Below, in pieces: positions 25,267 through 33,258 of a stretch of DNA of 42,977 bases; within the stretch, counting starts at the first letter, position 1; the number at the start of each line of letters is the position of its first letter. Source of the DNA: a virus. Its lineage: Duplodnaviria; Caudoviricetes. The stretch is from positions 1 through 42,977 of IMG/VR virus record IMGVR_UViG_3300049021_000038; one strand, given 5' to 3'. A model generated the notes under the pieces. It was given only the letters and a program-made list of their open reading frames with translations. It did no database searches and was not told the origin of the DNA. Position numbers and translations under genes: made by a program.

Positions 25267-25866
25267 ATGATGAAGGTATATTTCGCAGTCAAAGAGACGG
25301 ATCGAGCGCAGGTCAAAATCGGGCATGCCCAGAGTATCGAGCGGCGTCTTTGTGACATCGCTCGGTATGTTGGCCCAGTCAGGCTGCTAGCAACGATCGA
25401 CGGTGGTGTCCACGTTGAGCGAAATATCCTGGCGATGTTTAAACAGTATCGCGTCGAAGGGGAGTGGTTCGCATTCTCCGAAGAGATCCAGACATTCATT
25501 GCAAACTGCGCAACTCCTTCTGGTGAGCTTTATGGCGCGAAGAAACAGGCTTGGGAGACAAAGCTGATCTCAACCCGTCGTGAGCGGGACATGATCCTCG
25601 CCGGGTATATTCTTGAGCGCGCTTTCGAGCAGTTTGACCGATCCGTCAGCATAGCCGAGGCGCTAGAGATTTGCTTCCATCGCCTTTCCGAGATTGGCGA
25701 CGGATGGACGCGCCGCCGTGTTCGCGGTCTTCGCGAGCGGCGTGACATGCGTGTGGATACATACGAAATCATCGACCTGCTGAAGTTGGCGAACATTCAG
25801 AAAGCCGAATGGATCGCCTTGCTCGAATTCGGGGCGCCGGCCGCTGACGAACAGGCCGCAGCATGA
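25267..25866 (+). CDS. T5orf172 / GIY-YIG-like domain fused to an HTH-like C-terminal domain
   Basis: VYF...VKIGH...ERRL...EGEWF, followed by WTRRRVRGL. Confidence 0.75.
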   Translation: MMKVYFAVKETDRAQVKIGHAQSIERRLCDIARYVGPVRLLATIDGGVHVERNILAMFKQYRVEGEWFAFSEEIQTFIANCATPSGELYGAKKQAWETKLISTRRERDMILAGYILERAFEQFDRSVSIAEALEICFHRLSEIGDGWTRRRVRGLRERRDMRVDTYEIIDLLKLANIQKAEWIALLEFGAPAADEQAAA

Positions 25867-26156
25867 CCCGCTATCTCCTCCTCACGGTCTTACTGTCGAC
25901 AAATGCACTCGCGCACGACGCGAAATCTGGCTGGGCATATCCTTTTAGCTGTTGCTCCAATCAGGATTGCCGGGAAGTCCCTGACGCATCGGTACGCGAG
26001 ACACCGACCGGATACATCGCCGGAAATGGGGAGACCATCCCGTACCTGGACAAGCGGATCAAGGACAGTCCTGACGGGAAGTTTCATCTTTGCACGATCG
26101 CCGGCAGCGAGGATGGCCGCGCACTGTGCCTGTTTGTGCCCCCAAGGAGCTTTTAA
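25863..26156 (+). CDS. Cys-rich exported protein
   Basis: Signal peptide (ALA-H); YPFSCCSNQDC, SPDGKFHLC and CLFVPP motifs. Confidence 0.75.
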   Translation: MTRYLLLTVLLSTNALAHDAKSGWAYPFSCCSNQDCREVPDASVRETPTGYIAGNGETIPYLDKRIKDSPDGKFHLCTIAGSEDGRALCLFVPPRSF

Positions 26157-26158
26157 GC

Positions 26159-26941
26159 ATGACCGAATACGACGCGCAGAAAGACAGCTTTGAAAGCTAC
26201 AACGTTGCCATCGCTGCCAATCGTGCGCGGCTTCTGCAGGAGCGTTGCCCTGCGGCTAAACGGGTCGAAGTGATCGGACAGTGCGAACTCTATCTAGGCG
26301 ATTGCATGGAAATCATGCCAGCCCTCGAGGGGGTCGGTGCGGTTGTGACGGACCCGCCATACGGCATCAATGAAAATTCCAAGAAGGTCGCTTCCCGCGA
26401 GAACGCGGCCCCTGCCCGAGACTACGGTGATTTCGACTGGGACAAGGCGCCAGCGCCGCAAGAATCGATAGACCTCATCTGCAAGATTTCTAAGCACCAG
26501 ATTATCTTCGGTGGCAACTATTTTACCCTCGGACCGACGCCATGCTGGCTCGTCTGGGATAAGGAAAATACCGGAGACTTCGCCGACTGTGAACTCGCGT
26601 GGACCAATCTGAAGAAAGCCGTTCGCCGGATCAACTGGCGCTGGAACGGCATGATCCGCAAGGGCCAAGAGGAGCGCTTCCACCCGACCCAAAAGCCGCT
26701 CGGCGTCATGGAATGGTGCCTGACCCACGTTCCCGACGCGGAAACCATCCTTGACCCTTTCATGGGTAGCGGAACGACAGGCGTTGCATGCGTGAAGGCC
26801 GGCCGCCGGTTCGTCGGTATAGAGATGCACGAGCCTTATTTCAACGCTGCCTGCGAGCGCATCCGCAAGGCCTACCAGCAGCCTGACATGTTCGTTTCCG
26901 CTCCCAAGCGTGAACAACCTAAGCAGGAGGCGCTGCTGTGA
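26159..26941 (+). CDS. Orphan DNA N6-adenine/N4-cytosine methyltransferase (beta class)
   Basis: TDPPY precedes HPTQKP and DPFMGSGTT. Confidence 0.92.
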   Translation: MTEYDAQKDSFESYNVAIAANRARLLQERCPAAKRVEVIGQCELYLGDCMEIMPALEGVGAVVTDPPYGINENSKKVASRENAAPARDYGDFDWDKAPAPQESIDLICKISKHQIIFGGNYFTLGPTPCWLVWDKENTGDFADCELAWTNLKKAVRRINWRWNGMIRKGQEERFHPTQKPLGVMEWCLTHVPDAETILDPFMGSGTTGVACVKAGRRFVGIEMHEPYFNAACERIRKAYQQPDMFVSAPKREQPKQEALL

Positions 26942-27300
26942 TCAAGCTGCACCTCCCGTTCCCCCCGTCCGTGAACAGCGCCTATGCCAACGGCGGCAAC
27001 AAGCGCGGCCGGCACAAGACGGCGCAGTATGTCGATTGGATCAAGGAAGCCTCTACAGCGGTCAAGGGTAGCCACCGTCAAGGGCTTGGCGCCTACAGCC
27101 TGTCGATATGCCTCCAGCGCCCTGACAAGCGCCAGCGCGATCTAGGGAATTATGAAAAGGCCGTGTCCGATTTTCTCGTCATGCACGGCGTAGTCAAGGA
27201 CGATCACCTTTGCGAGCGGTTGGTTATGACATGGGGGGAAGGTCTCCCGGCGCCGTGCGTCGTGATTGTCCAAAACCATGAGGAGAATTTGGCAGCATGA
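26938..27300 (+). CDS. rusA: RusA-family Holliday junction resolvase
   Basis: LPFPPSVN and RDLGNYEKAVSDFL...DD motifs. Confidence 0.9.
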   Translation: MIKLHLPFPPSVNSAYANGGNKRGRHKTAQYVDWIKEASTAVKGSHRQGLGAYSLSICLQRPDKRQRDLGNYEKAVSDFLVMHGVVKDDHLCERLVMTWGEGLPAPCVVIVQNHEENLAA

Positions 27301-27983
27301 ACGAGATAATGGAAGTCCTTTCCCCAATCCTTGGCGATGAGCTGGCGAAAGACATCATTCGGTATAGGAACAGTCTTGGACGAGTAAAATCGTTTGATGT
27401 GTATCGAGCCAAAATAACCCTTCGGTTATTGATGCAGTCTCCTGACCCTCGCCTTGCAGCTTGGGAATATCTGCACCGCGCAGCTAATTCGAAATCCCTA
27501 ACAGTGGAATATGTGAAGGCATGTGTTCATTACGATCCTGAGACGGGGATATTCACGGCGCGGTTATCCAGACAAAATTCCCCGGCCGGTAGGGTGCTTG
27601 GGACATTGGGTAGTCACGGCTACCTGTCGACCTCTCTTGCTGGGCACAGTGTTCTTCTTCACAGACTTGCTTGGTTCTATGAGTTTGGTGTTTGGCCTGA
27701 AGCTACCGATCACATTGACCGCGACAGATTGAATAACCGCCTAGCAAACTTGCGGGGGTGCTCTCTACAGGAAAACAATTGGAACCTGCCTCAGCATCCG
27801 AACAACAAGAGCGGATTCACAGGGGTTACCTGGGACAATCGTAAGCACAAGTGGTTCGCGTCTATCCGCGTAGGGGGGAAGACCAAAAGTTTAGGACGCT
27901 TTACCGAGAAAGAAGACGCATCCGCCGCATACCAACGAGCGGTAGCGGAGCACCGCGGGCATTTTCTAGGAGATGCGGCATGA
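27297..27983 (+). CDS. HNH-AP2 homing endonuclease with an N-terminal segment similar to the downstream gene
   Basis: YDPETG, HRLAW, DHIDRDRLNNRLANLR and the AP2 motif SGFTGV...W.ASI...LGRF. Confidence 0.88.
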   Translation: MNEIMEVLSPILGDELAKDIIRYRNSLGRVKSFDVYRAKITLRLLMQSPDPRLAAWEYLHRAANSKSLTVEYVKACVHYDPETGIFTARLSRQNSPAGRVLGTLGSHGYLSTSLAGHSVLLHRLAWFYEFGVWPEATDHIDRDRLNNRLANLRGCSLQENNWNLPQHPNNKSGFTGVTWDNRKHKWFASIRVGGKTKSLGRFTEKEDASAAYQRAVAEHRGHFLGDAA

Positions 27984-28378
27984 GCATTAAAATGGATTCG
28001 GATGAAAAATCTGGCTTCGATCTTCTTCGTGAAGTTCTCCCAGAAGACCTGGCCATTGACGTTGTGAAGCACAGACGACGCAAGAAAGCGCATCTGACGG
28101 CTCGCGTGGCAAAGGCCCTGGTGCGTGAATACAAGGCGTTTGGCGACCCTGAGAAGGCGGCAGAGATCCATCTGACACGCGCTTGGATTTCGTTCGAATG
28201 CGATTGGGCGAAGAAGGAAAGCCGGTTCACCGATCAGAACCACCCGACGCCGCGGCTATCGGCCAACTACGGCAACGCACCTCCCGAGCCTATTCCGGAA
28301 GTCGTCAGCGCAGAAGAAATGGAACGTCGCCGGCAGATGGTCGCACGGCTTCGCCAGCAGGGAGTTTTGAGAGCATGA
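27980..28378 (+). CDS. Hypothetical protein (possible replication accessory)
   Basis: AGGAG RBS, ATGA-coupled; DLAIDVVKHRRRKKAHLTARVAK...RAWISFECDW. Confidence 0.7.
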   Translation: MSIKMDSDEKSGFDLLREVLPEDLAIDVVKHRRRKKAHLTARVAKALVREYKAFGDPEKAAEIHLTRAWISFECDWAKKESRFTDQNHPTPRLSANYGNAPPEPIPEVVSAEEMERRRQMVARLRQQGVLRA

Positions 28379-28974
28379 CAATTCACAGCGTAGAACTTTT
28401 CCGCCAGAACGAAGCCCACAAGGCAAGACAAGCCAGACTGTGGGGGAAGCCGAAGGTTCCGGCGCCGGTCCTCACAGTCATCGAATCCCGTAAGCCTGTC
28501 GATGCGTCCTATCACATGGTTCTCTATCGCGCCCATCAAGCTCGGCTCCGCGAGACCTTCACCATGGGTGCTTCCTTCACAGTCAACCCAACGGCGGAAT
28601 ACTGCCCGTATAGGTCTGAGATCGTTTTCGAGATCGATGATCAGCCTATGCCGCGGCCAACTATGAAGCAAATCGCTATGGAGGTCTTGAAGGATTTCCC
28701 AGGCGTTACGCTGGATGATTTGAAAGGCCCGCGCAGGAATCTGATGTTCGTCATCCCTCGTCACCGAGCCATGTACGAAATAATGAAGCAGCGCCCTGAC
28801 TTCTCATACCCGGCTGTTGGCAGGTTCTTTGGACGTGATCACACGGTGGTTCTCTGGGCTGTTGCCAAGATCAAAGCAGAAATGGGGGATGGCGCGAGCA
28901 TTGTGAGAGTAGAGCGCAAGAAGGAGCGAACGGACAATTACAAGCGCAAAGCCAAACAACAGAGCGGAGAGTAA
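28375..28974 (+). CDS. Protein with a DnaA C-terminal (domain IV) HTH
   Basis: LKGPRR...PRHRAMY...SYPAVGRFFGRDHTVVLWAVAKI matches the DnaA domain IV signature. Confidence 0.85.
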   Translation: MTIHSVELFRQNEAHKARQARLWGKPKVPAPVLTVIESRKPVDASYHMVLYRAHQARLRETFTMGASFTVNPTAEYCPYRSEIVFEIDDQPMPRPTMKQIAMEVLKDFPGVTLDDLKGPRRNLMFVIPRHRAMYEIMKQRPDFSYPAVGRFFGRDHTVVLWAVAKIKAEMGDGASIVRVERKKERTDNYKRKAKQQSGE

Positions 28975-28975
28975 A

Positions 28976-29179
28976 ATGAGCGACGAAGCGAAAATCGCCA
29001 TCAACGGGGTCGATCTGACGAGCGCTCAGGCAATGACACTCCGTGTTGCTATCACTTGCTACCTTGCGGAAATGCTTGAGGAAGGCGCCCTTGGCGATGA
29101 CGAACACGGTGAACGTATGCGGAAAGCTTATTACGCCCGCGCGGCCGAGATTATTCAGATTATGGGTGCGGCGGAATAA
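28976..29179 (+). CDS. Hypothetical protein
   Basis: GGAG RBS; INGVDLTSAQAMTLRVA...LGDDEHG. Confidence 0.7.
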   Translation: MSDEAKIAINGVDLTSAQAMTLRVAITCYLAEMLEEGALGDDEHGERMRKAYYARAAEIIQIMGAAE

Positions 29180-29212
29180 ATCGACTACGGCGGCTCAACA
29201 CGAGGAAACAAC

Positions 29213-29836
29213 ATGGCTGGTAAGCTTGGCAAACCACAGACAAAACGGAACTCACAGCGCGGCCGGCCACCCAAGCAGGACGTAGAGCGGTACCCGGGCG
29301 GGAAGATCAAGCCGAGCGAGACGCAAAGGGAAACGCTTAGCTGTGTCATCACCGCGAGGAAGCGTATGAACGGATGGAACGACAACGTGCCGGACGCCAT
29401 GGCAAGGGACGCCCGCGCCGGCTATGTCCTCGGCGTCTTGCGCTTGGATGGAAAGATCAGCGATGAACAGCTTGAAATCGGCAATGAATATGCTCTAGCC
29501 ATCTCTCGCTACCACAGCCTCACCGGTATTCCGTTCCCCAGCGCCCGCGCTCAATCGCTCTTTTCCATCAAGGGCCATGACGGGGAAGTTTCGTCCGCGC
29601 TTGCCGATCGGGCCCGCAACGCCAGCAATCTCATGATGAGGCTGCAAGGCGTGCTTCTCCAGTGTGTCGATGGCCCACAGGTGCGCCAGACCATCAATAA
29701 CGTAACGGTTATGAGTTACGAACATCTGCGCACTATGCCTCCACAGCAATTATTGTGGCTTAAGAGGGGCTTGAACGCTTTGATCGATAGTGGCCTCTTG
29801 CCAAATCATAACCGACAGGCTACCGTAATTGCATGA
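29213..29836 (+). CDS. Putative late-gene transcription regulator
   Basis: GAGG RBS, basic N-terminus, last large gene before the packaging region. Function inferred from position. Confidence 0.55.
   Translation: MAGKLGKPQTKRNSQRGRPPKQDVERYPGGKIKPSETQRETLSCVITARKRMNGWNDNVPDAMARDARAGYVLGVLRLDGKISDEQLEIGNEYALAISRYHSLTGIPFPSARAQSLFSIKGHDGEVSSALADRARNASNLMMRLQGVLLQCVDGPQVRQTINNVTVMSYEHLRTMPPQQLLWLKRGLNALIDSGLLPNHNRQATVIA
29798..29826 (+). promoter_or_regulatory. Candidate late promoter
   Basis: TTGCCA-N17-TACCGT overlapping the end of the putative regulator gene. Confidence 0.35.
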
Positions 29837-30050
29837 TCAGACTTTCGTCTGGCGAACCGTCTCCGAGAGAAGCATCATGGAAGCTATTATTGGGTCTCTC
29901 TTGATGTTCGGTGTTGTGTGGTTTGCCACGCGCCCGTTAAAGCGCCCTCGCGGTCTCACACCTCAAGAAGCCGCGTTTCGCAGCCAGATCATCATCAACG
30001 AATGGCATAGGCAGGGATACCGCCCGTACGACCTCAATCGCGGGCTCTAA
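29829..30050 (+). CDS. Small membrane protein (start may be 29877)
   Basis: MEAIIGSLLMFGVVWFA hydrophobic segment. Confidence 0.5.
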   Translation: MHDQTFVWRTVSERSIMEAIIGSLLMFGVVWFATRPLKRPRGLTPQEAAFRSQIIINEWHRQGYRPYDLNRGL

Positions 30051-30053
30051 TCA

Positions 30054-30163
30054 GCCGAAAGGCAACGAGCAGCCGGAAGCCCACGGTTCGAGTCCGTGCT
30101 TGGGTCAAGGGAAGACCACCAGCCCGCAACGTACGGTCAATTCGTGACAGCCGGAGAGACGGC
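30054..30163 (+). ncRNA. Candidate structured RNA with a tRNA-like T-arm
   Basis: GCC-GAAA-GGC; CACGG-TTCGAGT-CCGTG; GGTC-N7-GACC; GCCG-GAGAGA-CGGC. Confidence 0.4.
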
Positions 30164-30469
30164 ATTTCTCATCATCCGGAGGTTCCATTGACCGAAGCCG
30201 ACCTAATCCGCGACTGCAGAGCATATTGAAGCAGAGCACGGCATTCTCAAGCTACTCTCCATACTCGAAAGCATAATCGAGTGCCAGGCGCAGGCGGCAG
30301 GCGTTGAACTGCTCGATATCGATGAAGACGAGATGGAAACCGCGTATTTCACGGTTCAGTAGCCGGCGCGCGCAAAATGCCATATTTTTTGCCATGGTCG
30401 GCAGAAACGTCTTTTGTATCATTTACTTAGAGGCGCGCGCAAATAATTTCACGCTTCAATGAGGTAGAG

Positions 30470-30688
30470 ATGAGCAACATCGTAGACCTCAACTCCCGCC
30501 GCGATCCTGGCGAGCCAATGGACGATGTCACCGTTTGCACGATTTCCGTGACAGGTAAGGGCGATGTATCGCTCTGGCTCAACGATTACATCGAGACTCC
30601 GGAGCAATTTAACTGGCTGATTACCAAGGTTGTTGCTGCTGCTTCGGGCATTAACGCAACGAAGACCGAGATTATCGCGAATTCGTAG
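30470..30688 (+). CDS. Hypothetical protein
   Basis: GAGG RBS; MSNIVDLNSRR start. Confidence 0.7.
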   Translation: MSNIVDLNSRRDPGEPMDDVTVCTISVTGKGDVSLWLNDYIETPEQFNWLITKVVAAASGINATKTEIIANS

Positions 30689-30768
30689 AACGCCATTCCG
30701 AGAAGTATCAAATTCCTCGGGCATGTACCCGGACAGCCGGAATAATATTCCACAATCAGATTGAAACA

Positions 30769-30787
30769 GCCCTTACGGGGCCTTTTC
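30769..30787 (+). terminator. Possible terminator
   Basis: GCCC-TTACG-GGGC followed by CTTTT. Confidence 0.4.
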
Positions 30788-30803
30788 GCGTTAGGAAATC
30801 ACG

Positions 30804-31013
30804 ATGGCGCTAGAGCAGTGGCAGCGCGACATCCTCGATAACCAGATTGCTCAAGAGACCAGATACGCGAGCGACAAGCCTCTGTGTGGTTTCGATGCCG
30901 CCTGCTCCGAAAGCTACAGGTCCAAGCATTCACAGCCAGAAATGGCCCGTCGTCTCCGCTGGCTATCGGCAAGCTACGACAATCCCAGCCTCCCGCTGCA
31001 CGCGGTTAAGTGA
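30804..31013 (+). CDS. Hypothetical protein
   Basis: AGGA RBS, 69 aa. Confidence 0.55.
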   Translation: MALEQWQRDILDNQIAQETRYASDKPLCGFDAACSESYRSKHSQPEMARRLRWLSASYDNPSLPLHAVK

Positions 31014-31028
31014 AATAGGAGCCAGACG

Positions 31029-31355
31029 ATGGCAACAATGCACGTCTCTGTTTGCAGGGCTCGCCTTATCGCGGGCGCTGGCGCATCCCAAGTTATCTAT
31101 GATGGGGCTCCGGTCATTGCTGCGGCTCTCACCACATCTGGAACGGCGGCAAGCACGACCACTCTCGCTGCGGCAACCACCGCCACAGCGCAACAGCAAG
31201 GCACTCTCGTCGCCCGTTGCTGCTCGGTGGACTCTGACCATTACGTCAGGGTGTCCGGAACAGCAGCGGCAACAAACGCCTATTACGTTCCAATGGGTAG
31301 CTGGATCGAGATCGCAATCGGTCCCGGCCTCGAAATATCAGCGGTCACGGTCTGA
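31029..31355 (+). CDS. Hypothetical beta-rich protein (possibly virion-associated)
   Basis: AGGAG RBS; Ala/Thr-rich. Confidence 0.65.
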   Translation: MATMHVSVCRARLIAGAGASQVIYDGAPVIAAALTTSGTAASTTTLAAATTATAQQQGTLVARCCSVDSDHYVRVSGTAAATNAYYVPMGSWIEIAIGPGLEISAVTV

Positions 31356-31518
31356 TCATGTTCCGGCGCTTCTGCGATGCAATAGGGTGCGAAAGCCCAT
31401 TTGACCGCGTCATGGTCGGATTCGTCGTAGCCATATCGCCTTTCATCGCATTGGCAATCATGCTGGCTTGTACCGTTCTTTCCATGGCAGCTTTCCAGTT
31501 GGTGGTGTGGATTGTTCA

Positions 31519-31911
31519 ATGACTGACGACGAGACCCGAAATAACGGGGGAGATACGGGCAAGCCAATGCCGCCCGTCGAGCACCAGTTCAAGCCAGGCA
31601 ATCCCGGCCGGCCAAAAGGCGCTCGCAACAAGCTAGGGGAAGCTTTCCTCGAAGCCATGCATGACGATTTCGAGAAACACGGCGCCGCGGCGATCGTGAA
31701 GGTTCGCGACGAAAAGCCTGACCAATACCTGAAGGTCATTGCCTCGATCCTGCCAAAGGATCTGAACGTCAACATCAACCAGATGGATGATCTCACGGAT
31801 GACCAGCTTATTCAGCGCATCCGTTCCCTTGATTCAGCAATCCGGCCTTTCCTCGATGCTCAAGGAGCAGGCGGTTCTGTTGGCGGAACTGGACAGGAGA
31901 CGGCGCACTAA
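31519..31911 (+). CDS. terS: Terminase small subunit
   Basis: FKPGNPGRPKGARNKL motif; directly upstream of and overlapping terL. Confidence 0.85.
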   Translation: MTDDETRNNGGDTGKPMPPVEHQFKPGNPGRPKGARNKLGEAFLEAMHDDFEKHGAAAIVKVRDEKPDQYLKVIASILPKDLNVNINQMDDLTDDQLIQRIRSLDSAIRPFLDAQGAGGSVGGTGQETAH

Positions 31912-33256
31912 CCTGCTCGCGGCCTACAAGCCGTATTCAAAGCAGATCGCTTTCCATGATGCCGGGGCCAGCTTCCGCGAACGCTTGTTCATGGCGGGCA
32001 ACCAGCTCGGCAAGACGCTGGCCGGCGCCGCAGAAGCAGCAATGCATCTCACCGGCAATTATCCGGATTGGTGGAAAGGCAAACGGTTTCATAAGCCGGT
32101 TATCATGCTGGCCGGCTCGGAATCGTATGAGCTGACTAGGGACGGCGTTCAGCGCCTTCTCATCGGCCCTCCTATGAGCGAAGAGGAATGGGGCACTGGC
32201 TATATTCCGAAAGCCTCGATTGTTGCCACAACGCGCCGCTCTGGCGTCTCTGGTGCGCTCGATAGCTGCACGGTTCGGCATGTGTCGGGCGGAACATCAA
32301 CACTTCTCTTCAAGGCATACGAGCAGGGCCGCGGTAAATGGCAGGCCAATACTGTTGATTACGTCTGGTTCGATGAAGAACCACCGGAAGATGTCTATTT
32401 TGAAGGCATCACACGAACAAACGCAACCAAGGGACTGATTGCCGTCACCTTCACGCCTCTCAAGGGCATGAGTTCGGTTGTCGCTCGTTACATCCTGGAG
32501 CCGTCGCCAGACCGCGAAGTCGTCACGATGACGATCGAGGACGCGGAACACTACACGGCAGAAGAACGACAGAAGATCATCGACAGTTACCCGCCTCATG
32601 AGCGGGAAGCGCGAACCAAGGGCGTTCCGTCGATGGGCTCCGGCCGGATCTTCCCGGTTCTCGAAGAGAACATCGTTATTGATCCCTTCGATATCCCCGA
32701 AAGCTGGGTGCAGATCGGCGGGTTGGACTTCGGATGGGATCACCCGACTGCCGGCGTCAATCTCGCATGGGATCGAGACAACGACATTGTCTTCATCACC
32801 AAGGATTATCGCCAGCGCGAGGCAACACCGCTTATCCACTCGGCCGCACTCAAACCGTGGGGCTCATGGCTCCCTTGGGCGTGGCCGCATGATGGTCTGC
32901 AGCACGACAAGACGAGCGGCGAACAGTTGGCCGTCCAGTATCGAGAGCTTGGGCTCAACCTGACATCGGAACGGGCGACATTTGACGACGGAACGAACGG
33001 CGTCGAGGCCGGCGTCTCTGACATGTTGCTGAGAATGCAGACGGGGCGCTGGAAGGTGTTTCGGAGCTGCATCTACTGGCTTGAGGAATTCAGGCTTTAC
33101 CACCGCAAAGACGGCCTGATCGTCAAAGAGCGAGACGATGTGCTCTCGGCATCGAGGTACGCACTGATGATGAAAAGACAGGCTGAGCAGAAGCCGAAGA
33201 TCAAGGGCCGATACCGTGGCTCTGGCGGTCTTTCGTCAAGTTGGATGTCGGGGTAG
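31856..33256 (+). CDS. terL: Terminase large subunit
   Basis: Walker A AGNQLGKT, Walker B VWFDEEPP, TFTP, and nuclease GLDFGWDHP...DD.LSASRY. Confidence 0.95.
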   Translation: MLKEQAVLLAELDRRRRTNLLAAYKPYSKQIAFHDAGASFRERLFMAGNQLGKTLAGAAEAAMHLTGNYPDWWKGKRFHKPVIMLAGSESYELTRDGVQRLLIGPPMSEEEWGTGYIPKASIVATTRRSGVSGALDSCTVRHVSGGTSTLLFKAYEQGRGKWQANTVDYVWFDEEPPEDVYFEGITRTNATKGLIAVTFTPLKGMSSVVARYILEPSPDREVVTMTIEDAEHYTAEERQKIIDSYPPHEREARTKGVPSMGSGRIFPVLEENIVIDPFDIPESWVQIGGLDFGWDHPTAGVNLAWDRDNDIVFITKDYRQREATPLIHSAALKPWGSWLPWAWPHDGLQHDKTSGEQLAVQYRELGLNLTSERATFDDGTNGVEAGVSDMLLRMQTGRWKVFRSCIYWLEEFRLYHRKDGLIVKERDDVLSASRYALMMKRQAEQKPKIKGRYRGSGGLSSSWMSG

Positions 33257-33258
33257 CT

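Noticed and set aside
26159-26941. Restriction-modification system
   Set aside because: No cognate restriction endonuclease adjacent; the neighbours are RusA and a homing-type HNH, so it is an orphan MTase.
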